The position numbers were made by a program, and so were the translations under genes. A stretch of DNA of 32,783 bases from assembly GCF_001194135.2 (NCBI RefSeq), contig NC_069005.1, positions 24,549,404 to 24,582,186 of the forward strand, written 5' to 3'. Origin of the DNA: Octopus bimaculoides (lineage: Eukaryota). Shown here piece by piece: positions 11,790 to 22,917 of the stretch (within the stretch, counting starts at the first letter, position 1; every line of letters begins with the position of its first letter). The notes under the pieces were generated by a model that worked only from the letters and a program-made list of their open reading frames with translations, was not told the DNA's origin and searched no databases.

Positions 11790-12890
11790 TCGAGTCTGTT
11801 ATAGTCAATTTTTGCAGGAAAGTCATAAGCAGAGAGAGGATTCCACAGAGACGAGGTTCTGGGGATGAAGAACTGGTTCTAGGTGTTAGTGCGAGGTCCA
11901 AGGGTGGGTTAGTGACACGAGTAGTGAGAATACGAGACCAGCCATTCCCGATGCATAGAGGCCATTATAAACGCGATAGAAAAACGGAGAAGAGACAGCA
12001 TGTCTGTGTACTTGAGGCGGGAGCATGTCTGTAAATGATTGGATATAAATCAGACAGTTTAATCTAAGATTTCTTCGTGCATCGAAGCAATACCGTTGCA
12101 GGTGTTGGAGCAGTTCTCCGTTGTGGGCTACACTTGAGTTTTATAGAATGTCAGCAGCTAATGAAAGCTGAAATTTCTTCTGGTCTTGAAGAGAAGAGTC
12201 AATCTGTAAAATACTACCCTAGCTTTGCTTAGAATGTGCTTTCACTAGGAGAGTTCCTTGGTGATAGTAACGGCCTACATATGGAGCGATCGTGAAGATT
12301 CTAGCTAAGTGCCATTCCTGTTTGGGGATATATGGAGCTAGGCGTTTTCTTGATACGGGTAGTACTTGCGGGGTTTTTTTTCTTCTTTTTATTAAAAGAA
12401 CCAGCATTGGCATATCCCATGATGGATGCTTTCAAGTTCTCCTTTCATGAAATCAATGCAATTTTGGAGTGTGATGTGAGTTGGTGACGCATTGTTGGAG
12501 AAAATTAAGGAGAAATTAAGCGTTGTGTTATCTGGACGTTATTGGATATAGCAGAACAAAACCGAACCCTGGAGAACACCAGAGCGGATCAAGAGTTTGG
12601 CAGAACTTTACCATGCCGCATTAGTGCGATCTGATAGGACGTCACCGAGTCAGAATATGAGAGATGGGTGGAGACCGTAAGCGGGAAGTGTTGGTAAGAG
12701 ATCTGCATGCTAGACACGACCAAAAGGTTTGCTGATATTTTGAGCAACAATACTACTTTCGCCGAACTATTCTGAAGCGTGATATCATTGGTGAGTGACA
12801 TAAGAGAGTAGGCTACCAGTGGAACTGTCTCTGTGGAAGCTGTATTGATGGTCACTAAAAAGAGAAAGAAATTCGAAGTGTTGGGGAACA
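11790..12890 (-). mobile_element. 5'-truncated, degenerate LINE (CR1/L2/Jockey-type reverse transcriptase remnant)
   Basis: Minus-strand translation with stops and frameshifts gives RT-like blocks: SDHQYSFHRDSSTGSLL (QYGFR motif), VAQNISKPFGRV*H (ALDISKAFDRVWH-like), SGVLQGSVL (12557-12583; GVPQGS motif), FYKTQV*PTTENCS (~12108-12146), FFYRVYNG and FIPRTSSLWN (11840-11869). Confidence 0.85.
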
Positions 12891-13138
12891 CTATTGTTAT
12901 TGTTTATCCTCATTACTTTATATGTTAGAGATATGTTAGAAATGAGAGACTGAAGTGTTTAGTGAGTATAAGAACAATTTCTGGGGTTCAATGTTTGAGT
13001 GTAATGGAAGAGACAATGTCAGGAAAGACGGCCTTGTTGCTTTGAAAAACTTGTTTGCAGTTCAGGATTATTCTAGCCCTATTGTTATTTCTACTATATA
13101 CTATGGCTGTCATGTAATTTCCTTGCGGCGGTTCATGC

Positions 13139-13618
13139 AGCTATATGCCCTGTGCTTATGGAAGTTACATGCCCTGTAATTCAGGCAGCTATATGCCCTG
13201 TGATTCATGTAGCTATATGCCTTGTAATTCAGGCAGTTATATGCCCTGTAATTCAGGCAGTTATATGCCCTGTGATTCAGGCAGCTATATGCCCTGTGAT
13301 TCATGTAGCTATATGCCCTGTGATTCATGTAGCTATATGCCCTGTGGTTCATGTAGCTATATGCCCTGTGCTTATGGCAGTTACATGCCCTGTGATTCAT
13401 GTAGCTATATGCCCTGTAATTCAGGCAGCTATATGCCCTGTAATTCAGGCAGCTATATGCCTTGTGGTGCATGTAGCTATATGCCCTGTGATTCATGTAG
13501 CTATATGCCCTGTAATTCAGGCAGCTATATGCCCTGTGATTCATGCAACCATATGTTCTGTAATTCAGACAGCTATATGTTCTGTGATTCACGCGGCTAT
13601 ATGCCATGTGATTCATGA
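13139..13618 (+). repeat. Minisatellite, 20 copies of a 24-bp unit (consensus AGCTATATGCCCTGTRATTCAKGY); open as SYMPC(D/N)S(C/G) repeats
   Basis: I read the units individually: 20 x 24 = 480 bp with no indels, and the last three are diverged. ORFs of 157-170 aa are open in two + frames and one - frame. Confidence 0.95.
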
Positions 13619-14237
13619 TTCATGCAATCATATGTCCTGCGAGTCTGGCAACTATATATCCTGAAATATCTGTCTAACGTCTGAAAATTTCTGTTTATGT
13701 CACTCAAGTTTTTGGCTTTATAAAAATAACGGAGTACAACTTTATTTAATTATCACCACACTTGAATCGAAATGAGAAACGCATTGCTGAACGTCTCTTA
13801 ACTCAATAAAACAAAAACCAGAAAAAGCAACTCAAAAGACAAAAATGTAATACAAAGTCTATACATATTTTTATATCTTTTCTTATATTTGCTGCAAAAT
13901 ATGTTGATCTCAAATCTCAAATTACCATAATTACAGCTCTATGCGAGTTTTGTTAATGTTTAATGTTCTGTTTTTTTTTTTTTTTTTTTTTTTCGCTGTG
14001 AGCAATATGTGTAAGAGGAAACTGTACATTCTCCATACTTTACGTTGAGTTCTTTGAAGTGTAGAGTTCGTTGTCTTCAGTGCGTTTGGCTTTAGGGGGG
14101 GAACCAATTTCCGTGTAAACTCTTAGGATCAGGTTTCATATTGCTGCGCCAATTCTCGTTTAATCTCATATTTATACACACATTTATATCTATGAGTGTG
14201 TGTGCTTGTATGTATGTGAATGAGTATATTAAACATG

Positions 14238-14297
<60 letters not shown>

Positions 14298-14640
14298 TAT
14301 GCACAACTGGTAAAAACACACAAAAGACAAGGTTAAACAGCAAATAAACGTATATTATCCCTCATCAGCTATCTCGCTAAGATTACGCAGTTTCGACACA
14401 CTTTGGCGACAGCTGCCAGTCATTTTCTCCCTGCACAGCGTTTCTCGTCACACGTGATAGCTGTAGGCGAAAATAAGATGATAATTGTCTAAAAGTTGCT
14501 TGCGTAAGACACTTCCTTACCGGTTCTTTAGGTAAGAACAACAACAACAACAAAAAAACACATGAATAAGAACACCAAGTCATGAAACAGTTTTATGGAT
14601 TGAATCATCGGTTTTAAGCAAATTACGCTTTGACCTTTTA

Positions 14641-14880
14641 CTTGCTTCAGTCATTGGACTGCAGCCATGCTGAGGCACCACCTTGAAGGCTTTTAAGTTG
14701 AACAAATCAAGCTCAGTACTTATTTGATTGATCGTTCTTTTACCGAACTGCTAAGTTATGGAGATGTAAACAAAACAATACCGGTTGTGTGGAAGTGGTA
14801 GGGGACAGATACAAACGCAAGGACCCGTGCTCCAACATGGCCTCAGTCCATTGACTGAAACAAATGATAAAAGGTAAAAG
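14641..14880. mobile_element. Family A SINE tail fragments: a minus-strand piece (~14641-14820) followed by a plus-strand piece (~14827-14880)
   Basis: Both pieces match the tail of the 21061-21400 copy (GTGCTCCAGCATGGCCGCAGTCAAATGACTGAAAC), in opposite orientations. Confidence 0.7.
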
Positions 14881-15814
14881 ATGTGTGTGCGTACGTGTGT
14901 GTGCGTGTGCGTGTGTGTATGTCTGTGCTTGTGTGTGCATATGTACAGATCGACTGACTGACAGATAGATAGATAGATTGATAGATAGATGAGATTTTTC
15001 CAAGCCTGTAAGGTCTGGCTAAGTCAAAATGGCTTTTTTTATTCTTCCTTTCCACTTGGAGAGTTTAAATGTAGTTATAAAAATGTCCCTCTGTTGAAAT
15101 GTAATTTCATTAAATTTCTATATCTTTCTGCAGCTGAGGATTGCTCTGCATTTTACATTTGATGTAATGTTCACATTGCTTAAATAGGTGGAGTCGCATG
15201 AAACGATCGTACTGCATTAACTTTGGATATCCTTGTTGCTTATTTTGATTTTAGATAGATAGATAGATAGATAGATAGACAGATGACGGTTCCACACAGT
15301 TCCCATCAACCAAATTCACTCACAATATATTAGTCTGTCCGAAGCTAAGGTGCCGTGCAGCATGCATTAAATACATTTTTTCTTGTTTTGCACTTGTAAT
15401 CGTAAACATAGAATAGCTTAATATATCACCAGGAAATCTTAAATAATTATCTTTTTAACTTCAGCAGGAGAAATATACCAAATTTCTTCTCCTAAACCTA
15501 CTTTTGCGTAACAAGAAAAATCAGAATTAGGCTAGAAATGATTATTTTATAAATCTTGCATGGAAGCTTTGACTTTTTATGTCTCCTTCCCCGATGAAGA
15601 AGATCTTAAGAATACAGAAAGAAAATTAGATCGCACACACAGACTGACAGAAACTGTAGGAGATAGAGACAAACATAAAATCAAATATGTCGGCAAGAGT
15701 ATTACGAAAGAATTAGATTTATAATTATTTAATCACTATGATATAATTATTTTGAATAAATATATAGTCTGGTATATAAATTAATTGTAATTATAAACAA
15801 ATAAAGTGGGAATT

Positions 15815-15919
15815 GAATCAATCAGAAAAGGCTAAATAAGATAAAGATAACTGAGATAGCTGAAAATAGAAATATCTGAGAACAAGACACATATATGCAC
15901 AAGTACTATGATGTGACAG

Positions 15920-15964
<45 letters not shown>

Positions 15965-16001
15965 TGAGTGTGTGTGTATGTATATATATGTGTGTGCGCG
16001 C

Positions 16002-16038
<37 letters not shown>

Positions 16039-16230
16039 CACACTCATGCACACATATATAAAAATACACATACATGCGCATGCAGACTCATTACACTCAC
16101 CGTACAGATACATATGCGGAGGCATACTCACATTGCTCATAAATACACACACACTCATCACACACGCTCATCACACGCGCTCACACGCTCATACAGACAC
16201 TCACACCGAAACACACTCGCACACACAAAG
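15815..16230. repeat. Compound (TA)n/(TG)n/(CA)n microsatellite cluster
   Basis: Direct reading; it accounts for the YIYI/HTHT pseudo-ORFs. Confidence 0.9.
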
Positions 16231-16774
16231 AAGGTAATATATGCTAATTTAAGAACCTAAGTGATTGTGGAAATGAATGAGAATTTAATGAGATTAAATA
16301 GGTGCGTTAATCATGGTTCTATGATTAAGAAGTTCAATTCACAAACGTGTAGTTTCGAGTTCAATGTCATTACACGCCTTCTGCTATGACTTCATGTAAA
16401 TCAATAACTTGCTAGTGAAATTTCATAAAAAGTATTTGCACGGAAGTTCATTGTGTGAGCTTGGTGCATGTATGTGTGTGTCTGTCTGTCTGTGTGTGTG
16501 CGTGTGTTTGAACGTATGTATGTGCGTATATCGCTGCTTTCTTCCAAGGAATCTAGTGCTCTTAGCTTAGTTTTTCCTTGGGGCTGGCCAGATTGGAGCA
16601 ATATCGAGTATAACCAGCCGAAATTGCAAAGATAATCTGGAACTCGACTGAGGAAAGAAAACTCCGAATGACTCATCCTTGTTTTCATTGTATTGCCTGT
16701 CTGGATGTTTTGTTGTCCCTTTTTTGCATCACCGAACTGTCTGGATGTTTTGCGTTCTTATCCTATTTTTGTAT

Positions 16775-16826
<52 letters not shown>

Positions 16827-17778
16827 NNNNNNNNNNNNNNNNNNNNNNNNNNNNNNNNNNNNNNNNNNNNNNNNNNNNNNNNNNNNNNNNNNNNNNNNNN
16901 NNNNNNNNNNNNNNNNNNNNNNNNNNNNNNNNNNNNNNNNNNNNNNNNNNNNNNNNNNNNNNNNNNNNNNNNNNNNNNNNNNNNNNNNNNNNNNNNNNNN
17001 NNNNNNNNNNNNNNNNNNNNNNNNNNNNNNNNNNNNNNNNNNNNNNNNNNNNNNNNNNNNNNNNNNNNNNNNNNNNNNNNNNNNNNNNNNNNNNNNNNNN
17101 NNNNNNNNNNNNNNNNNNNNNNNNNNNNNNNNNNNNNNNNNNNNNNNNNNNNNNNNNNNNNNNNNNNNNNNNNNNNNNNNNNNNNNNNNNNNNNNNNNNN
17201 NNNNNNNNNNNNNNNNNNNNNNNNNNNNNNNNNNNNNNNNNNNNNNNNNNNNNNNNNNNNNNNNNNNNNNNNNNNNNNNNNNNNNNNNNNNNNNNNNNNN
17301 NNNNNNNNNNNNNNNNNNNNNNNNNNNNNNNNNNNNNNNNNNNNNNNNNNNNNNNNNNNNNNNNNNNNNNNNNNNNNNNNNNNNNNNNNNNNNNNNNNNN
17401 NNNNNNNNNNNNNNNNNNNNNNNNNNNNNNNNNNNNNNNNNNNNNNNNNNNNNNNNNNNNNNNNNNNNNNNNNNNNNNNNNNNNNNNNNNNNNNNNNNNN
17501 NNNNNNNNNNNNNNNNNNNNNNNNNNNNNNNNNNNNNNNNNNNNNNNNNNNNNNNNNNNNNNNNNNNNNNNNNNNNNNNNNNNNNNNNNNNNNNNNNNNN
17601 NNNNNNNNNNNNNNNNNNNNNNNNNNNNNNNNNNNNNNNNNNNNNNNNNNNNNNNNNNNNNNNNNNNNNNNNNNNNNNNNNNNNNNNNNNNNNNNNNNNN
17701 NNNNNNNNNNNNNNNNNNNNNNNNNNNNNNNNNNNNNNNNNNNNNNNNNNNNNNNNNNNNNNNNNNNNNNNNNNNNNN
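16827..17778. other. Assembly gap
   Basis: N run after (TA)n. Confidence 1.
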
Positions 17779-17850
17779 ATCTTTGAAGATAACAGAAATG
17801 CCAAATCAACGGCATAGACTTCCCTATACAAACAGCTTAGTAAAGAAGTG

Positions 17851-18237
17851 GAGGCGCAATGGCCCAGTGGTTAGGGCAGCGGACTCGCGGTCATAGGATC
17901 GCGGTTTCGATTCCAAGACCGGGCGTTGTGAGTGTTCATTGAGCGAAAACACCTAAACGCTCCACGAGGCTCCGGCAGGGGTTGGTGGCGAACCTTGTTG
18001 TACTCTTTCACCACAACTTTCTCTCACTCTTACTTCCTGTTTCTGTTGTGCCTGTAATTCAAAGGGTCAGCCTTGTCACACTGTGTCACGTTGAACATCC
18101 CCGAGAACTACGTTAAGGGTACACGTGTCTGTGGAGTGCTCAGCCACTTGCATGTTAATTTCACGAGCAGGCTGTTCTGTTGATCGGATCAACTGGAACC
18201 CTCGACGTCGCAACCGACGGAGTGCCAACAACAACAA
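17851..18237 (+). mobile_element. tRNA-derived SINE, family B
   Basis: tRNA-like head GGCGCAATGGCCCAGTGGTTAGGGC...GGTTTCGATTCC and an (AAC)n tail. Near-TSD TAGTAAAGAA (17838) vs TAGCAAAGAA (18238). Homologous to 22918-23305 in reverse. Confidence 0.9.
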
Positions 18238-18702
18238 TAGCAAAGAAACTTAAGCTGTTGGTGATGTTTAACCATGGGTTAGACTTAATCCAAAAACCTA
18301 TGACCAAAGGCGATCCATCAGACCTATGATCAGTGGTGTTCCAATCGTGACCATGCTGTATTTTATTCAGACATTGTATATCTAATTTTCCAATCTAAGA
18401 TTACATTATCTAATGTGTCCTTCGTTGTTGCTGCTGTTTAATTTCAGATCAGAGTTGGAGAACAAATATGTCTGTATATGTTATAAACCCAATATGGAAA
18501 ATATTGGCTGAACGGATGGTGTTACTGGTAGATGCCTTCTGGCAGAAGACTATGTATCGAACAGTGAATTCGCATTGGTTATGCGCAGAAATAATTGTGT
18601 AAATGGCGGTGTGAGAGGAAGAGTGTATATGAAAGCGAAGGAGAGACTGAGAGAGCACTGAGAATGTAGATATTAGTAGCGATTCATGCGATACTAACAT
18701 AA

Positions 18703-18832
18703 TCCTTTCTACTATAAGCACAAGGCCTGAAATTCGGGGGAGGGGACTAGTCGATTACATCGACCCTAATGTTTTACTGGTACTTAATTTATCAATCCTG
18801 AAAAGATGAAAGGCAAAGTCGACCTCGAATGG
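18703..18832 (-). mobile_element. SINE family C, 3' fragment
   Basis: Reverse-complement match to the 3' half of 25193-25407 (GTCGACTTTGCCTTTCAT...TAAATTAAGTACCAG). Confidence 0.8.
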
Positions 18833-18900
18833 AACAATCAAAATATACACAAAAAAGAACCCAAACAATGTTGTTTTCCCCAAAAAGTGCTTTTGTACAT

Positions 18901-19157
18901 CAGAGTTCTTCGACCATTTTTTTACTATAGGCCCTTTTGACCCTTATTTTACTCGGGTAGGGCCTCGTAGCCATTCAGCCTTTAAAAAAAACATCCTGTT
19001 AAATTTTTATGATTAAATACTTAGAAATTCTATAAGAAAAAAAGCTGCTAAAATGTTTTGTGTATTGTAGAAGTATAACCAATTTATTACAGTTAGATTT
19101 TAACAAAATCTTGAATGGACTCCCAAGGGCCATATGGACCCACGTTGAGTGCCACTG
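18901..19157. mobile_element. Possible old hAT-type MITE
   Basis: Ends CAGAGTTCTTCGAC and GTTGAGTGCCACTG resemble degenerate CAGTGG-type TIRs. The flanks TTGTACAT and ACGTACAT could be a decayed 8-bp TSD (6/8). Confidence 0.35.
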
Positions 19158-19477
19158 ACGTACATCACAGAATATGATTTACCTATGCATATTTACTCAT
19201 GACTTTACTGTATTGGTAACTTTGAAATCCACTGCGTCAATCTCATACCGTAATCTAGATGACTTTACGTTAGTAAATATTTTTTTTCATTATTCATAAG
19301 ACAATATATATTTCTTTTAACTTTGGTAATTGAAAAATTAGGGAAGCGGTACGGATTAATTTTGAACATCTCGGTTAGTAGAGGTCTTGTGATTTCTTCA
19401 CAGATATTTTTTTATAGGTTCATAACGAAACTAACTATATATATTTAAGATATGTTGTATATAGTCGACATTTACAC

Positions 19478-19520
<43 letters not shown>

Positions 19521-19629
19521 GGCAAGAATGGTAAGAATGAAAGACGACACCATTTTAAGCATAGACTTGAGACAAAAAGAGAGAAGGTACTTACTTTCAT
19601 GTACCTTTGAAAAAAAAAAAAGCCTGAGG

Positions 19630-19713
19630 NNNNNNNNNNNNNNNNNNNNNNNNNNNNNNNNNNNNNNNNNNNNNNNNNNNNNNNNNNNNNNNNNNNNNNN
19701 NNNNNNNNNNNNN
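19630..19713. other. Assembly gap
   Basis: N run. Confidence 1.
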
Positions 19714-20100
19714 TCTTCCCGCGATCCCTTTTGATCGTAGTCCCCACCTTTTTTTTCCGCGATCCCTTTTGATCGAAATTATCCCCCCCCCCCAAAGAAA
19801 AGCTCTACTTTGTAATTTATCCATTTTCTCTATTTAGCCCTGTGTGGCTATAATAAAAAGATATCTATCTATCTATCTATATCTATCTATCTATCTAGCT
19901 ATCTTCTCTCCCTCTCTCAATCTCTCTTTACGTGTGTGTGTGTATGTGTGTGTGACAAACAGTGCTGCAACAGTTTATCTACCGTTGTTGTCGTTTATGT
20001 TTAGCCTTAGTTCAGGCGAGACAAACGACATTCTAATCTTGACCATATTGTCTTTTGTGGCAGCGTGTTATTTGTCCTATTGCATTTATGCCTGCTCTGA

Positions 20101-20325
20101 GGAGGTAAGCTGGTAGAATCGTTAACATGTCGGGCGAAATGCTTAGCGGCATTTCATTTCGTCTTTACGTTCTGAATTCAAATTCCGCCGCGGTCGATTT
20201 TGCTTTTCATCTTTTCGGTGAAGGTGGATAAAACAAGTACCAGTTGAGTCCTAGGTTCGATTGTAACCAAGTAGCCCTCTTCCCCGAAATTGCTGGCACT
20301 GTGCCAAAATTTGAAATCAATATAT
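20101..20325 (+). mobile_element. SINE family C, diverged copy
   Basis: Colinear with 25193-25407 (GCTGGxAGAA..GGGCGAAATGCTT..GTTCTGAxTTCAAATT..GTCGAxTTTGC). Confidence 0.85.
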
Positions 20326-21060
20326 GTCTGCTCTCCGAATTAATCACTGTAATAGTGTAATGAAATCTTTTGGTGCAGTCAATCAATCCACATAGAGATA
20401 GATATACCCATCTTATTCTTGTGGCTGTTATTGTCTTACATTATGATTTAATCCTAACAGAAAACCTCTACATGCTCACTTGACTTACTAGAAATAGCAG
20501 CCAAAACTTTCACAGATCACACTACTGTCTTTAAAAATTTGCTTGGTCAGACTGGATTATGTAGTTTTAGATACTCTACGTGTAAATGATGGTGTAGTCA
20601 TGGCTGTAACGGCTTTGAGCATGGATCTACTGGACCGAGACTGGGGAAGGGTGAAACAACAACAACAATAACACCAACAATAGCAACAACAACTGTGCAT
20701 TAGAGATGACTGTGTTCTTTTGAACTGAAATCTTATTTTCCTTCTCCAATGGTTTCTACCACACACATACGCACATACAGATATGTTCACATACATACAT
20801 ACATACTCGCACGTATACACATAAAGAACCAGGCTACGTACATACATAAATGCATATACACATAGATGCATATACACATAGATGCTTATACACATCCATA
20901 CACACGTACATAGGTTAATACATATATACACAACATAAACGATATCGCGATTTGTTTGTTCTATATAAAACATTCCATTTAAGCATTGCTTACATGTAAT
21001 TGATGGTTTACAAATTGGCTACATGTATGTGTGTATATGTATATATATTTGTGTGTCATC

Positions 21061-21154
21061 TAGGGCAAGTGTCTTCTACTATAGCCTCGGGCCGACCAAA
21101 GCCTTGTGAGTGGATTTCGTAGACGGAAACTGAAAGAAGCTCGTCGTATATATG

Positions 21155-21185
<31 letters not shown>

Positions 21186-21400
21186 TTGTGTGTCTGTGTT
21201 TGTCCCCCTAGCATTGCTTGACAACCGATGCTGGTGTGTTCATGTCCCCGTTATCTAGCGGTTCGGCAAAAGAGACCGATAGAATAAGTACTAGGCTTAC
21301 AAAGAATAAGTCCCGGGGTCGATTTGCTCGACTAAAGGCGGTGCTCCAGCATGGCCGCAGTCAAATGACTGAAACAGGTAAAAGAGTAAAAGAGAGTAAG
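21061..21400 (+). mobile_element. SINE family A, 5'-truncated, with internal (TA)/(TG) microsatellite and tail
   Basis: GGGCAAGTGTCTTCTACTATAGCCTCGGGCCGACCAAAGCCTTGTGAGTGGATTT matches 26181-26260 closely. Confidence 0.85.
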
Positions 21401-21544
21401 AGTGTATGTATGTAGGTAGGTAGGTAGGTAGGTAGGTATGTATGCATGTATGTATAAGTGGTTGGATAGATGGAAGGATAGATATAATATATATATATAT
21501 ATACGCACGCACACACAAAATGTTCCCACATATTTTGCAATACT

Positions 21545-21777
21545 TACAAGTGGGTACTGAAAAGTTCCTGGCTATAATGGTAACACAAAAGACCTGGCTG
21601 GAGGTGCAACGCTCCGAATTTTTTTTTTTTTTTTTTTACAGGACTTAGAAAAACTGAAGGACCACTGCAATACGTTTGTGAATCTAAGAGGGGAATATGC
21701 TTAATAAAATCATAATTTACTGATCCGCGAGTATTTTCTTTTACCCTAAGTCAGGAATTTTTCACCACACCTTCGTA
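21545..21777 (+). mobile_element. Internally deleted mariner element
   Basis: TA-bounded imperfect TIRs (TACAAGTGGGTACTGAAAAGTTCCTGGCT vs reverse complement of the right end TACGAAGGTGTGGTGAAAAATTCCTGACT, about 21/29). The interior encodes QDLEKLKDHCNTFVNLRGEYA*, resembling the mariner transposase C-terminus (GIxKLxxRWxKCxxxxGDY). Confidence 0.7.
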
Positions 21778-21779
21778 CA

Positions 21780-22500
21780 TATTACAAAAATTTCTACGTT
21801 TAGAAATATTTTGCACACTTTTACACTTCATGTTTAAAAATTCTTTACACGTATTTACATTATACGAATAGTTTCTATGCTACTAAATTGCTTAAAAATA
21901 AATGTTTACAAATTATTTACACATATTTACATTAAAAATGTATGTATGTTTACAAATTGCATATATATATTTGCATTATTTACAAACGTGGGTAATTTTA
22001 CAAATTAATTTCATTTGTATATATTATTATGAGTTGTACTCAAATATTTACATTTTTACAATATAAATATTTTGGAACAATTTGTCAATCTATGTATTTT
22101 TATAAATTGATTAAAAGTACATTTATTATTTACAAATAATGTATGTTTGCATCTCGTTTACACACACTTATATATGGCTTACAGATGTATGTACGTTTAG
22201 AAATTGTTTATACATATTTACATTGTTTATACATATTTACATTATTTACAAATGAATTTACGTTTCAAAATTGTTTACAACTGGTATTATGATTATAAAT
22301 AAATTCCAAATATTTATGCCATTTAGATGTAGTATATAGTTTATAAGTTGTTTACAAATTATTGCATATTTACAAAACGTTAAAAATGGACGTATGTTTA
22401 AAAATAATTTACAAATATATGCATTGTTCAGAAAGGCTTGTATGTTTACAAATTGTTTACAAATGTAAGCATTGTATATATTTTAATGAAAGTTTAAGCG
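21780..22500. repeat. Decayed AT-rich satellite/low-complexity tract built on TTTACA(A/C)AT motifs
   Basis: More than 20 recurrences of TTTACA, with ATTGTTTACA/ATTATTTACA variants at irregular spacing. Confidence 0.7.
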
Positions 22501-22917
22501 ATCAGTGTTCATACAGAAAGGGTACTCAATCAGCTGATTTGAACACAATGCAAACTAAACACCTTACACTGCTTTTATTTTCGGATGCCTTAAGGTCTTA
22601 CTCTCCCAGGTTTTGAATTGCCATCGATACTTCCGTACTTTTACTTTTCTTCTAAGTGGAGGTGTTGGCCCTTTGCAAATTCATTTTTACCTGACTTCAA
22701 TCCATGGGATGCCCTAACAGGAGCTGGCACAAGTCATTGAGGGGTCATTGAGGCATACAAGCCACGACTCTGCAACAAAGGTTCGACCCTGTGGTGACAT
22801 TGCTTACAGTTGAGTAATGCCATTATAAAAGCTTACATTTAATCTGAACAGCCATAACTTCAACCCTTACAGGTCTGGGAACAACTGCAAAGATTATGCA
22901 TTCTATCTCTTTGAGTA

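Noticed and set aside
13139-13618. CRISPR array
   Set aside because: The units are contiguous with no unique spacers, and the context is eukaryotic.
13110-13664. Reflectin-like gene (24-bp unit, Tyr/Met-rich octapeptide in a cephalopod-like genome)
   Set aside because: The units (YMPCDSCS, or YMNHRAYS on minus) lack the repeated MD motif and the Arg/Trp/Asp composition of reflectins; the resemblance is limited to YM and an 8-aa period.
16668-17896. Long ORFs of 260-420 aa here and at 26082-27105, 29684-30952 and 31137-32506
   Set aside because: They are open only because they run through N gaps and dinucleotide repeats.
17851-17925. tRNA genes at the SINE heads (also 26101 and 27425-27490)
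   Set aside because: They have A/B-box-like motifs but no complete cloverleaf, and each continues into a SINE body.
20013-20104. Hydrophobic ORF piece ILILTILSFVAACYLSY with a GAG|gtaagc donor
   Set aside because: The apparent donor is the 5' end of a family C SINE, and the peptide shows no voltage-sensor motif.
22610-22700. Candidate next channel exon: cccag|VLNCHRYFRTFYFSSKW lines up in spacing with Hv1 IIFKLFVFRLEFFHHKF
   Set aside because: Polar residues fall in what should be the TM helix, the conserved E and D are absent in frame, and no S3 follows in any frame; most likely coincidence.
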